From NCBI GenBank assembly GCA_032718475.1, contig JAUCBJ010000482.1, positions 1 to 49,300 of the forward strand: a stretch of 49,300 nucleotides of DNA. Reading direction: 5' to 3'. The stretch is from Nemertoderma westbladi (lineage: Eukaryota > Animalia > Xenacoelomorpha). The notes beneath the pieces were generated by a model. It saw only the letters and a list, made by a program, of their open reading frames with translations. It did not search any database and was not told where the DNA came from. Shown one piece after another: positions 31,236 to 43,089 of the stretch. The first letter of the stretch is position 1; each line of letters opens with the position of its first letter. The translations under genes were made by a program, and so were the position numbers.

Positions 31236-34200
31236 AACAGTATAAACTGATAAGTTAGGCCTATCAGCCTATACTGTTAGGCCTAGGACTATAGGCGTAG
31301 GGTTCCTATGTGTTTCGGTAGTGCGATTTAGTATTTTGGTTAGGTTAGATATTGTGTATTGAATAGGCCATCATACTGCCATACATAGCAATACCGGTAC
31401 ATCAAATCAATACGATTTCCAAATCAACCAAGTCAGTAAGCACTGGCTGACCGATACCGTACCGTAGGCTGGTAGGTCAGTATGTAGCCTATAGGCCTAG
31501 GCCAACTGCCAACCATCAGGCATCAGCCGGTTGGAAAAATAAGACTGTAACCTGTGTTCTTTGGTTATTGTTTATTGTTTTGGTTAGAAAAGCCTGCTAC
31601 TGTCAGACTGTAACCTGCTCCTTTCCATTAATTAAGAAATCTGATTTTGCATGCTGTCTGGCAGTCTGGGTGGGTAGGCTTACCGGTAAACCGGTGGCAG
31701 TAGGTCATTAAAGGAATCTTCAAATTAACAAAATGCAATATTTTGAAAAAAGTGAAAACTGAAAAGTGAAACTCTTCTTAAAATTAACCTAAATCTTATA
31801 GTAGATACATTGTTTATGAAAAACATTTTTTTTGTCTTTTTGGGTAGTTTTTTTGGGTAATATTGTGTTTTTTGTGTTTTTTTCAGTAATTTTTTGTATT
31901 TTTGTGTATTTTTGTGTTTTTTTTTTGGGTAATATTGTGTTTTTTTACGTAATTCTGTAATTCGTAGGCAACCGCAACCAACGGTAGTTAATTATGAGTA
32001 TGACGCTTACTTTTGAATTTTCGCTGAAAAAATATAGCAAACCATAGTTTTCTGCCTCATTTTTGATAAATCTAGGTGTTTCTAGATGTACCGGTATCCG
32101 GCCTTTATAAAACTAGGTGTTTATTCTAGCTGTATGTGTTTCCACTTTCCAGGTGTTTCCAGTCATTTTCCAGGCTGCCAGGGTTTTCAGCTTTTTAGTA
32201 GGGTAAACCGGGGTTGTATGGCCATGTGGGTTGTATGGCCACCCTTGACATAAAGTGCTATAACTTTACTTTATTTTAATGTCTGTCAGTTTTTATTACT
32301 TCTAAATGAAGCTGAATAATTTTCCAATAAAATGACATATAAACCATATCTTCAATTGATTCCATTATTTTACAGTGACATGGCAAAGTTTCCGTTCATG
32401 AAAAAGTGTAACTTTTAGGTTTTGTGAATTTAGAGTAACACACACTAACAGGTGCCTTCTGGAACAAGTTAATGCTTGACCATATTGCAATGATGTTGAA
32501 TAGTATGTTTATTAAATTATAATTAATAGGCCTAAATAATTTAATTTATTCGATTTCGTTAACTTTTAGATGAGTTATTTACCCTCAAAAAATCATGGCC
32601 ATACCACAGTCGGGGAGAAGTTCTATTTTCAACTAGATAAGAGCCAGGATAGCTATTAGTAACTGTACGCCTACTGTAGTAAACTAACACATTTCTTCTT
32701 AGTATTAGGGGCCTGGTAAATTAAAATTGCCGAATTCTGGGCGTAGCATTAACCTTATGCCTGAATTTGAGTCCTGGAAATACGCAAGAGGGGAAGGAAC
32801 CTTATCATTCGTGAGTATTGGACCTACAAGTTACAAAATTAGAATATTCGTAAAATGCACACCGTACCCAGTAATTATATATGTGAAGGAGCAAAACTGC
32901 TTTGACTGTTCAGAATTAACACACGCGCGTTAGAAATTATTTACACCTCAAAATATATAAAATTAACTTTTGTCCGTACTGTGCTTTGCCCGCTAGTTAG
33001 ACATCTCCAAATCTCTGCCTCTGTACCTAGCTAGCGTCTCTTTCGCCCAACCATATAAATCACACCGCGGCAAAGTATACGAGCCTCTTAGTCCGTCAGT
33101 GAGTCAGCCTGATTTTAGGATTCGCTGCGCGGGATTTTGTTTTATCGAAGTTTGTCTGCTCGTAGACTGTTTTCTGCCTCACCGGTTATAAGAGATCGAT
33201 ACTGCAATATATTCGCTTACTTAGAGTTTACTGTTTTGGTGAGAAGGTCGGATTTATGATTTGATTCACAAACTTTACAGTAGGATATTGCAGGTATTGT
33301 TACTGTCTCTTCGCATCAAACAGTATAAACTGATAAGTTAGGCCTATCAGCCTATACTGTTAGGCCTAGGACTATAGGCGTAGGGTTCCTATGTGTTTCG
33401 GTAGTGCGATTTAGTATTTTGGTTAGGTTAGATATTGTGTATTGAATAGGCCATCATACTGCCATACATAGCAATACCGGTACATCAAATCAATACGATT
33501 TCCAAATCAACCAAGTCAGTAAGCACTGGCTGACCGATACCGTACCGTAGGCTGGTAGGTCAGTATGTAGCCTACAGGCCTAGGCCAACTGCCAACCATC
33601 AGGCATCAGCCGGTTGGAAAAATAAGACTGTAACCTGTGTTCTTTGGTTATTGTTTATTGTTTTGGTTAGAAAAGCCTGCTACTGTCAGACTGTAACCTG
33701 CTCCTTTCCATTAATTAAGAAATCTGATTTTGCATGCTGTCTGGCAGTCTGGGTGGGTAGGCTTACCGGTAAACCGGTGGCAGTAGGTCATTAAAGGAAT
33801 CTTCAAATTAACAAAATGCAATATTTTGAAAAAAGTGAAAACTGAAAAGTGAAACTCTTCTTAAAATTAACCTAAATCTTATAGTAGATACATTGTTTAT
33901 GAAAAACATTTTTTTTGTCTTTTTGGGTAGTTTTTTTTGGGTAATATTGTGTTTTTTGTGTTTTTTTCAGTAATTTTTTGTATTTTTGTGTATTTTTGTG
34001 TTTTTTTTTTGGGTAATATTGTGTTTTTTTACGTAATTCTGTAATTCGTAGGCAACCGCAACCAACGGTAGTTAATTATGAGTATGACGCTTACTTTTGA
34101 ATTTTCGCTGAAAAAATATAGCAAACCATAGTTTTCTGCCTCATTTTTGATAAATCTAGGTGTTTCTAGATGTACCGGTATCCGGCCTTTATAAAACTAG

Positions 34201-34718
34201 GTGTTTATTCTAGCTGTATGTGTTTCCACTTTCCAGGTGTTTCCAGTCATTTTCCAGGCTGCCAGGGTTTTCAGCTTTTTAGTAGGGTAAACCGGGGTTG
34301 TATGGCCATGTGGGTTGTATGGCCACCCTTGACATAAAGTGCTATAACTTTACTTTATTTTAATGTCTGTCAGTTTTTATTACTTCTAAATGAAGCTGAA
34401 TAATTTTCCAATAAAATGACATATAAACCATATCTTCAATTGATTCCATTATTTTACAGTGACATGGCAAAGTTTCCGTTCATGAAAAAGTGTAACTTTT
34501 AGGTTTTGTGAATTTAGAGTAACACACACTAACAGGTGCCTTCTGGAACAAGTTAATGCTTGACCATATTGCAATGATGTTGAATAGTATGTTTATTAAA
34601 TTATAATTAATAGGCCTAAATAATTTAATTTATTCGATTTCGTTAACTTTTAGATGAGTTATTTACCCTCAAAAAATCATGGCCATACCACAGTCGGGGA
34701 GAAGTTCTATTTTCAACT
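30550..34718. repeat. Tandem duplication, ~2083-bp unit (3' third of the 3' LTR + flank)
   Basis: Identical ORFs at 30644 and 32727 (offset 2083); junction at 32633-32634 with CT microhomology; creates a partial third LTR at 32633-33318. Confidence 0.95.
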
Positions 34719-35203
34719 GAGTTGAAATTTCAACTTTATTTTTTAAAATTCAACTTTTTATTAAAATTCAACTTTTGGAGTATAGTTTAAAATTCAACTT
34801 TTTTTTAAAATTCAACTTTTGGAGTAGCTTTGGAGATACTGAAATATGGAATTGGAATCCATTACTGGTATTCCATTGTATAATAATTATGACAAACAGC
34901 GGTAATTTCATACATCTAATAAATTCCCGTAGTATTTCAGCTAATTTGCAAATGTAATAACTTAAAATGTTTTCAAAAAAAGTATTCCCGACGGTGAAAG
35001 TTTTTATTCCATCGGTAATGAGAGTTAATTTTTCGAGTTAGATCCATAAAAACAATAAAAACACACCTTCTGTAACGTCTTGGGCTCTTGGGACCCTTCT
35101 GTGCCTCCTGCCATTTTAGAGTTGAATTTACAACTTAAAAGTTGAATTTAAAAAAAAAAGTTTTAAATTTCAACTCAGTTGAAATTTGAACTTCTCCCCG
35201 ACT
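34691..35203. mobile_element. CAGTCGG-ended MITE with TACCA 5-bp TSD
   Basis: TIR CAGTCGGGGAGAAGTTC...GAACTTCTCCCCGACTG; subterminal AAATTCAACTT repeats; TACCA on both sides. Confidence 0.85.
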
Positions 35204-35370
35204 GTACCACCCCACCAAATTTAGACGTTGGGATGGTATGGTATGGCCACGTAATAACAACTGATAGGGACAGCCCATTCCCATTAATACTGGTAAAAGC
35301 TACTTTCAGTCGGTGATATAGGCGATTTTTGACTTATTCCAATTTTGGAACTTTGTGCGAGGGTGGATTC

Positions 35371-36173
35371 TAGGGCTCAATCGGAGTTGGAATTTGGCCG
35401 GAGCCGGAGCCGGAGTTGGACAATTTGGCCGGAGCCGGAGCCGGAGTTTTTCAAAAATTTTAAAAATTTAATTATTTATTTAAAAAAAATAAAGTATGGT
35501 TATCGTTCGCCAATCGCTCAAAATCAATCATACTGTAGGTCTAATTAATTTCATAATTTATAGATTTACGAATTTTCAATTTAAAATTTAACTAATTAAT
35601 TTATCACGGACAGACGGCCTGACGTGACGGCTAAAAATTACCTACAGTAGCCTACCTAACTCACTAACCGTGGTAGAGATGTGTACTGTAGGTAGCCTAC
35701 CGTACGTGTACCAGTACCTACTGCAGTACAGTATGCTGGCAGCTGGCATGGCATGACAGCAGTAAATGGCTGCAGTGGTACAGCTACAGTGTACATTCAT
35801 AGCATTTACAATTTTTTACAGTAGGCGGTAGGCTGGTAGCGGTAGGGCTGAAGGGCCAATCTGTAATAGTCTGCTAGTCAGCCAGCTGGCCAGTACCAGT
35901 ACTGCAGTACAGTCAGTCAGTCATTGACTTTAAGTAAATACTGCAGTACTGCAGTACCGGTATTATGCTTGATATTGAAGCTGTACTACAGTACTTACTT
36001 CAGTACTTATAGTGTAAATAATTGTTCAGATTAGAATATGCACGAAATATAATATACAGTAATACTTTATTAAAAAATTAACTCCGGCAATATTTTTACC
36101 GGAGCCGGGCGGAGCCGGAGGTGCCAAAATGGCCGGAGCCGGAGCCGGAGGCCGGAGCTCCGATCGAGCCCTA
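35371..36173. mobile_element. hAT-type MITE (TAGGG...CCCTA) with 8-bp TSD GTGGATTC
   Basis: TIR TAGGGCTC(A/G)ATCGGAG; CCGGAG subterminal repeats; GTGGATTC at 35363-35370 and 36174-36181. Confidence 0.9.
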
Positions 36174-36524
36174 GTGGATTCCGAAATCGGAATACACTCC
36201 AAAATTGGACTTTTCTAAGTTAAAAAAAATATTTTAAAGTCCAGCAAGTATATTTCCATCATAAATTCTATCATTTTTCAATAAATATATGATTGTTGTG
36301 CCAAATTCATTATTCCTACCATGCTTTTGCAGAAATGTATTCATACATTCCAAAATTGGACTTTGTTTGCAGAGATGCTATGGAGGATGACTGCTGTAAC
36401 ACTAGTAACAAGGTACAGGGGTCGGGTCCGACCATAAGGCTATATGGGCATGACTAGAGCTGTACCCTGTACAGCACAGTTCTACGCTAGAAGCACAGCT
36501 GCAGCTAGACCCTAGACCAAGCTG

Positions 36525-36780
36525 CAGCTTGGTCTATTGGTGACATTCCTGGGCTTCCAATTAGGAAGCCCTGTTTCGATCCCTAGATGGGGCACGCCAG
36601 CCTGGGCACGGTATGGTGCACAGGGGCGGGGCAGCACTGTTTGAGCACAGCTGCACAGTCTGACAGTGCTTTAAATGCTTCATCAGCCTAGACCATCCCT
36701 AGCTTTCATCCTTGTGAGTGGTCGATAAATGGGAACCAAGGCAACTTTGGAAAAGAAAATGGAAGAGGTTTACTATAGAA
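36525..36780 (+). mobile_element. Degenerate tRNA-derived SINE
   Basis: A-box-like TTGGTCTATTGGT, B-box-like GTTTCGATCCC, and GCTTTCATCCT..GGTCGATAAATGGGAACC, which resembles a conserved central motif of animal tRNA-SINEs. Confidence 0.5.
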
Positions 36781-36904
36781 TATCATCCATGATCATTGAT
36801 CAGGCATTCCTTGGCTTAATGAGCCTCAAAAGATTATCCCATTCAATCTGTCAATATCATGAATTGGGGTGTTAGCGATGATGGAAAATATATAGACATC
36901 TTAA

Positions 36905-38575
36905 TCGTTTCAATATATTGTTTTAGTGAAGGCCTTTGAACCGTTTCAACAGATTGTTTCAGTATCTCACATACTGCGCGAACGCGGAGGTATCTTAAAC
37001 GTTTCAACAGTTTGTTACACAATTTTGGAGTACGCCACGTGCTGCGCGAAGGTCTCTCAAACGTTTCAACATATTGTTACACAATGTTACAGTAAGCCAC
37101 GTGCTGCGCGAAGGTCTCTTAAACATTTGAACAGCTTGTTATACAATGTTACAGTGCGCCACGTGCTGCGCGAAGGTCTCTCAAACGTTTCAACAGATTG
37201 TTTCAGTACCCCCATGTGCTGCACGAAGGTCTATTAAATGTTTCAACAGCTTGTTAACAATGTTACAGTGCGCCACGTGCTGCGCGAAAGTCTCTCAAAC
37301 GTTTCAACAGCTTGTTACACAATGTTACAGTAAGCCACGTGCTGCGCGAAGGTCTCTTAAACATTTGAAAAGCTTGTTACACAATGTTGGAGTACGCCAC
37401 GTGCTGCGCGAAGGTCTCGTAAACGTTTCAACAGCTTGTTACACAATGTTACAGTAAGCCACGTGCTGCGCGAAGGTCTCTTAAACATTTCAACAGTTTG
37501 TTACACAATGTAGGAGCACGCCACGTGCTGCGCGAAGGTCTCTTAAACATTTGAACAGCTTGTTACACAATGTTACAGTGCGCCACGTGCTGCGCGAAGG
37601 TCTCTTAAACGTTTCAACAGCTTGTTACACAATGTTACAGTTCGCCACAAGCTGCGCAAAGGTCTCAAACGTTTCAACAGATTGTTTCAGTACCCCATGT
37701 GCTGCACGAAGGTCTATTAAACGTTTCAACAGCTTGTTATACAATGTTACAGTGCGCCATGTGCTGCGCGAAGGTCTCTAAACGTTTCAACAGATTGTTA
37801 CACAATGTTACAGTAAGCCACGTGCTGCGCGAAGGTCTCTTAAACATTTGAACAGCTTGTTACACAATGTTACAGTGCGCCACGTGCTGCGCGAAGGTCT
37901 CTCAAACGTTTCAACAGATTGTTACACAATGTTACAGTGCGCCACGTGCTGCGCGAAGGTCTCTCAAACGTTTCAACAGCTTGTTACACAATGTTACAGT
38001 AAGCCACGTGCTGCGTGAAGGTCTCTTAAACATTTGAACAGCTTGTTACACAATGTTACAGTGCGCCAAGTGCTGCGCGAAGGTCTCTTAAACATTTGAA
38101 CAGCTTGTTACACAATGTTACAGTGCGCCACGTGCTGCGCGAAGGTCTCTCAAACGTTTCAACAGCTTGTTACAATGTTACAGCAAGCCACGTGCTCCGT
38201 GAAGGTCTCTTAAACGTTTCAACAGCTTGTTACACAATGTTACAGTTCTCCACATGCTGCGCGAAGGTCTCAAAAGTTTTAACAGATTGTTTCAGTATTT
38301 CACATACTGCGCGAAGGTCTCTCAAACGTTTCATAAGATTGTTACACAATGTTACAGTATCGCATGTGCTGCACGAAGGTCTCTTAAACGTTTCAACAGA
38401 TTGTTTCAGTATCCAACGTGCTGCACGAAGGTCTCTTAAACGTTTCAATAGATTGTTACAGTGCCCCACATGCTGCACGGAGGTCTCTTAAACGTTTCAA
38501 TGGATTTGTTTCAGTATCTCACATACTGTGTGAAGGACATGGAAGGTATCTTAATCATTTCAACAGATTGTTACA
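36905..38575. repeat. Satellite array, 62-bp unit (with shorter ~52-bp variants)
   Basis: TTGTTACACAATGTTACAGTGCGCCACGTGCTGCGCGAAGGTCTCTTAAACGTTTCAACAGC repeated; period 62 (37561 to 37623). Confidence 0.95.
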
Positions 38576-39244
38576 GTTCTAGTTTTTAAAATCTATTTAC
38601 GTATGTCAGTATGTACATTGACAAAGTGAAACAAAATAGAGTAAATAAGATAAATTTCATTCAGAAAGACAACTGTGGACTTAAAGTGCTAAGTGCTGTT
38701 ATGTGCTGTTCAATAGAAACAATACGCTACCCATTCTGCCATTGTCCTGCAGTGTACTGTACGTACAGTAGTATAGCAGTATAGCTGTATAGTGCTGATG
38801 GAAAGACAAAATTGGACCTAAAGTCCAAAATTGGATGTGCAAAACTTTAAATGTCGGTTATCTTTGTGGTGCACCGTGAAATTTTCTCGTGCACGGTTAA
38901 AACTCTTATTTTGTAGTAAAGAACATGTAGGTTAAATTTCAGATCCCGTCTGAAAAAATTGTAGGCCGTGGAAAATTCACTGTAATTCATATCAAAATTA
39001 ATTCCGATATTGGAATGGAAGTCCAATTTTGACTTAGCAAGTTCCAAAATTGGATCAAGTCCAAAATCGCCTATATCACCGACTGGTATAGGTCTGTCAG
39101 TCAGTCGGTAAGTCAAAAATTGGACTTGAGTCCAAAATTGGACTTCGACTCCAGTTCAAGTCCAAAATTGGACTTCTGTGAGTCCAATATTGGACTTCAA
39201 ATCAGCCAATTGTTCCAGGCAGCCAGGGCCTTGGGTAATTGGGT

Positions 39245-39485
39245 AATTCCAGCCAGTGCATAATCTTGTACTTTGGCAGCCTCATGGAGTGAATAAGCAT
39301 GGTGGACAGCCCATGACTTTCTTGAGACGCATCTTAAAGGACACTGGCCTTAAAGATGCGGATGATCTAGCAAATGTCATGGGTGATAGGGAGTTGTGGC
39401 GGTGCAATTTTGTTGACAAGCCGGCACAGCATTCTTAAAAATGCAGCTGCAATGCAGCATGCCGATCCTAGTAGTAGTAGTAGTA
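39245..39485 (+). mobile_element. RTE-type LINE 3' end with (TAG)n tail
   Basis: QPVHNLVLWQP..KDTGL..LANVMGDRELWR; TAG repeats at ~39469-39486. Confidence 0.7.
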
Positions 39486-40379
39486 GGATCGGGCGGGATT
39501 TTTTTTCTTTAATCGAAAATATATCAAAAGATAAGAGTTTTGAACAGGGGGACCTGAAATTCACCAGGGGGAACTTTTTTTATAAGGCTTTGAATTTTTA
39601 CAAAAGTCCAATATTGGACTTTAAGTCCAATTTTGGACGTGACATTGAGAATCGAACTTAAAGGTACATGAAGCATGACAGATGAGAGACAGCCAGACAG
39701 CTGTTAAGTTATGGAAAGTTACCTTTGCAGCTCTGTATGTATCTTCAGTGTACTGACTGTACTGCATACTGTACTTAGAATATAATGGTACATTCTACAT
39801 TCTAGCATTCTAGGTACTTTGTAGTTGTACTTTACTTTTAGCATAGGCCTATTATTTAGTTTACAATTTACATTCATGTTATGTCTAACCTTACATCCTT
39901 ATGTACCCAGGACTTTATAGTGTCTTTAGGACTAGATTAGATTATGCTCCAACAAATATTTAATTACAAATTATATTTGGTGGACTGGTGGATACTGGTA
40001 GCAATGCCAGGTTAGCCAACTGCAGCTGCTGCTAAGGCTAACTACAGTACAAGCTACGATTTCGTCTAAGGCTATGGGAGCCCTATCAGAAAGAAATACT
40101 ACAAGTTGATGCTACCACCATCTCTTCTAATTTTTCCATACAACATGAAGGGTATTATAAAACGGCTGGATAACAGGCAGACAGGATAATGAAATGGGAT
40201 TAGTAACTGATTAACGTGTTGGGGTCTCCACATAATAAGTACAGAAGTAACAAGTAACACACGTCATAATCATAAACCAATTGAGGGAAAGGAACAGGTT
40301 ACAGAGGCAGGCTTTTCTAACTAAAACAATAAACGGCCACTTTTGACTTTACCAATTGAAGGAGCCCTATAACCTCACC

Positions 40380-40713
40380 ACATACTACTACTACAATCGG
40401 CATGATTCATTGCAGCTGCATTATATATATAGGCCCTATTATGTATTAGAATGCTGTGCCGGCTTGTTGACAAAAGTGCGCCTCCACACCACAACTCCCT
40501 TACACTGTACACTCTTACAGCCTTATCACCCATGACATTTGCTAGATCATCCGCATCTTCAAGGCCAGTGTCCTTTAAGAAAGTAAGAAAGATGCGTCTC
40601 AAGAAAGTCATGGGCTGTCCACCATGCTTATTCACTCCATGAGGTGCACTGGCTGGTCCTGACGGCTTAAAGCGATGTCCTGCAAAGCGGAGGCGGCTTT
40701 GTTCTAGTGGCAA
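40380..40713 (-). mobile_element. Second RTE-type LINE 3' end, inverted relative to 39245-39485
   Basis: SRLRFAGH..GGQPMTFLRRI..KDTGLEDADDLANVMGD; (TAG)n tail at ~40384-40395. Confidence 0.7.
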
Positions 40714-40721
40714 CCTTGGGG

Positions 40722-41297
40722 CCCGTATGCTAAGTGATTTTTTTGTGCGCCGAACGCGACGCGGCGCAGAAAAAAATGTGCGCCTGCGCAGTCGAAAACA
40801 GTGCAAAATCCGCGTGCGCAGCAGAAAAACTGCGCGAGATTGGCGCGCGCAGCAGAAATTCTGCGCGAGATTGGCGCGCACAGCCCTGACAGCAGAAATA
40901 CTGCGCGAAATCTCCTACCACGTACCTGCCTGCCTACTGCTGTACTGGCTGACTGGCCTAAAGCACACCAAGCAGCCAAGTAGCAAGTAGGAGGCTTATT
41001 ATTTCAGTATTTCTTACAGTCTTATCTGTATTGTCATTACCCTGTTACCGGTAGTCGGCAGACTGCCAGGGGTAGCGGGTAGGTCTACTTACCGGTACTG
41101 ACTTAGTGCTGTAATGCAAGTCTGAGCCGTGCTATCAATTTTCTGCGCCTGCGCCTGTCGCGCCGCGCTCTAAATTTTCTGCGCCTGCGCGCTGCGCGGC
41201 GCTGCGCTGCGCTCTCAATTTTCTGCGCCTGCTCCAAATTCTGGAAAAAATTGTGCGCCGAACGCGTTCGGCGTACATGCCCTACTTAGCAGAATGG
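40722..41297. mobile_element. GCGC-rich MITE with 8-bp TSD CCTTGGGG inserted in an RTE remnant
   Basis: CCTTGGGG at 40714-40721 and 41298-41305; imperfect 14-bp TIR (CCCGTATGCTAAGT / CCATTCTGCTAAGT). Confidence 0.75.
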
Positions 41298-41940
41298 CCT
41301 TGGGGGAACCAATGACTGAATGAGACACCTCCAACTCCAATGTTATATAGTGTCTGGTTGGAGATGCAGAGATGTGTGCATTGTACTGTACTTGACACAG
41401 TGAACCTAATCAAAACAATTAGTCAATAAACATTAACTCAATAACATAATAGGTTACAGTTTACAGTACCGTAGTCTTACTTTTGCCATACGAAAATACC
41501 ACAGGTATGGCAGTATGGGTATGAATGAACTAGGCCTATACAGCTATAACTCAACTACAACTACGCTACCGCGGCGGTATACACCGCTAAGGCAGTAAGG
41601 CTACCACAAAGCTATACCACTATACTGCACTACCGCAAAAAGTAACTACTGACTGACTGATGTCTGACTGTACGTGTGCGATCCCTGTTTATAATACATA
41701 TAACTGTATAATATTTAATTTGATCATTAATACTGTAATATAATGTTGCATTGTAATTATGTAATATATATGTACTGATACGGGATGCAGTTTTGATTTA
41801 AATACCGACATACAATATGGCAGCATGGGTACACTTGGAGTTGTACTAAAGTCCAATATTGGACTTTGGAGTCCAAAATTGGACTTGAAGTCTAAAATTG
41901 GACTTGAAGTCCAATTTTTGACTTCTCACCGACTGTCAGT

Positions 41941-42464
41941 CTGTAGATCTATGCTATTACTAACCGTACAGATAGACAGATAGATATCCGTTAATTGATT
42001 ATGTAAAGCAGTAAAGAGCCCCCCCCCCCCCCTCCCCACCCATCTACAAAATTAATTACGGCAAACTCAAGGCTAAATAACAAACAATGTTGCTCCGGTC
42101 CGGCCCCGGCTCCGGCACTTTTAGGTTGCTCCGGTCCGGTACCCGGCTCCGGCAAAAAAAATTGCTCCGGTCGAACCCTAATATCAGTAGGCCTATACAT
42201 ACAGGTATAGGTCTGTCAGTCTGTAGATCTATGCTATTACTACAGTACTAGATAGACAGATAGATATCCGTTAATTGATTATGTAAAGCAGTAAAGAGCC
42301 CCCCCCCCCCCCCCGAGCAATCTGCAAAATTAATTACGGCAAACTCAAGGCTAAATAACAAACAATGTTGCTCCGGTCTGGCTCCGGCCCCGGCTCCGGC
42401 ACTTTTAGGTTGCTCCGGTCCGGTACCCGGCTCCGGCAAAAAAAATTGCTCCGGTCGAGCCCTA
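41941..42464. repeat. ~280-bp tandem duplication containing right ends of a CCGG-rich hAT-type MITE
   Basis: Two copies ending GCTCCGGTCGA(A/G)CCCTA, at 42180 and 42464. Confidence 0.75.
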
Positions 42465-43089
42465 CAGATTACCGGTACTACAAATGGCCATTTTTTTATA
42501 TAAAACCACTGAATCAACCTACAGACCTACAGGTAGAGCATGAAAAAAAATTATGATATCAACTGATCAATGTAGAATCTGACAATTATAAAATGTGGAA
42601 TAACTAACAATTAGAGAAGGTGGAATAATACACCTACGGTATATTGTATCACAAAATAATATAGAATTTATATTTGGGTTTCAAAGATCTGGAGTTAAAT
42701 AAACTGACAAAGTAAAGTCTGTATACCTGTACTGCTGTATAGGCCTACTGAGTACTGATATAATATAATCTATATTATATATAGGGGCCTACGGTCATTC
42801 GGGTACTGCCTGACAGCCTGGCCGATGTCTGGATGTACTACTGTACTAGCTAACTGGCAGACTGGATTGGAACTAATTATGTTACTGCAGTACTGGTAGC
42901 AATTAAAGTTAGGTCTGCAGTCTTGGGTAAGTGGATGACTGTCAGACTCATAGGCCTACAGCTGTACAGCGAAAGACAGTCAGACAACAGGACAATGCAA
43001 CAGCAATAGGTCAGACTCATAGGCCTACAGCTGTACAGCGAAAGACAGTCAGACAACAGGACAATGCAACAGCAATAGGCAGATGGGCC

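Larger units (their letters stand above)
35307..39085. mobile_element. CAGTCGG-ended non-autonomous element containing a nested MITE, SINE and satellite
   Basis: TIR CAGTCGGTGATATAGGCGATTTT...AAAATCGCCTATATCACCGACTG; TCCAAAATTGGA subterminal repeats; flanks do not form a TSD. Confidence 0.7.
39102..41935. mobile_element. CAGTCGG-ended non-autonomous element with TCAGT 5-bp TSD
   Basis: TIR CAGTCGGT..AAGTCAAAAATTGGACTT; TCAGT at 39097-39101 and 41936-41940; paralogous empty site at ~42204-42240. Confidence 0.85.

Noticed and set aside
32200-32607. GGTTGTATGGCCA-repeat element (also 34284-35250)
   Set aside because: Probably a DNA-transposon remnant, but I could not define a second terminus or a TSD.
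36926-38491. Cys-rich short ORFs in satellites (also 46710-47405)
   Set aside because: Translations of tandem repeats whose unit length is not a multiple of three.
36905-38575. Regular repeats as a CRISPR array
   Set aside because: No unique spacers, no cas genes, eukaryotic context; an ordinary satellite. The same applies to 46340-47990.
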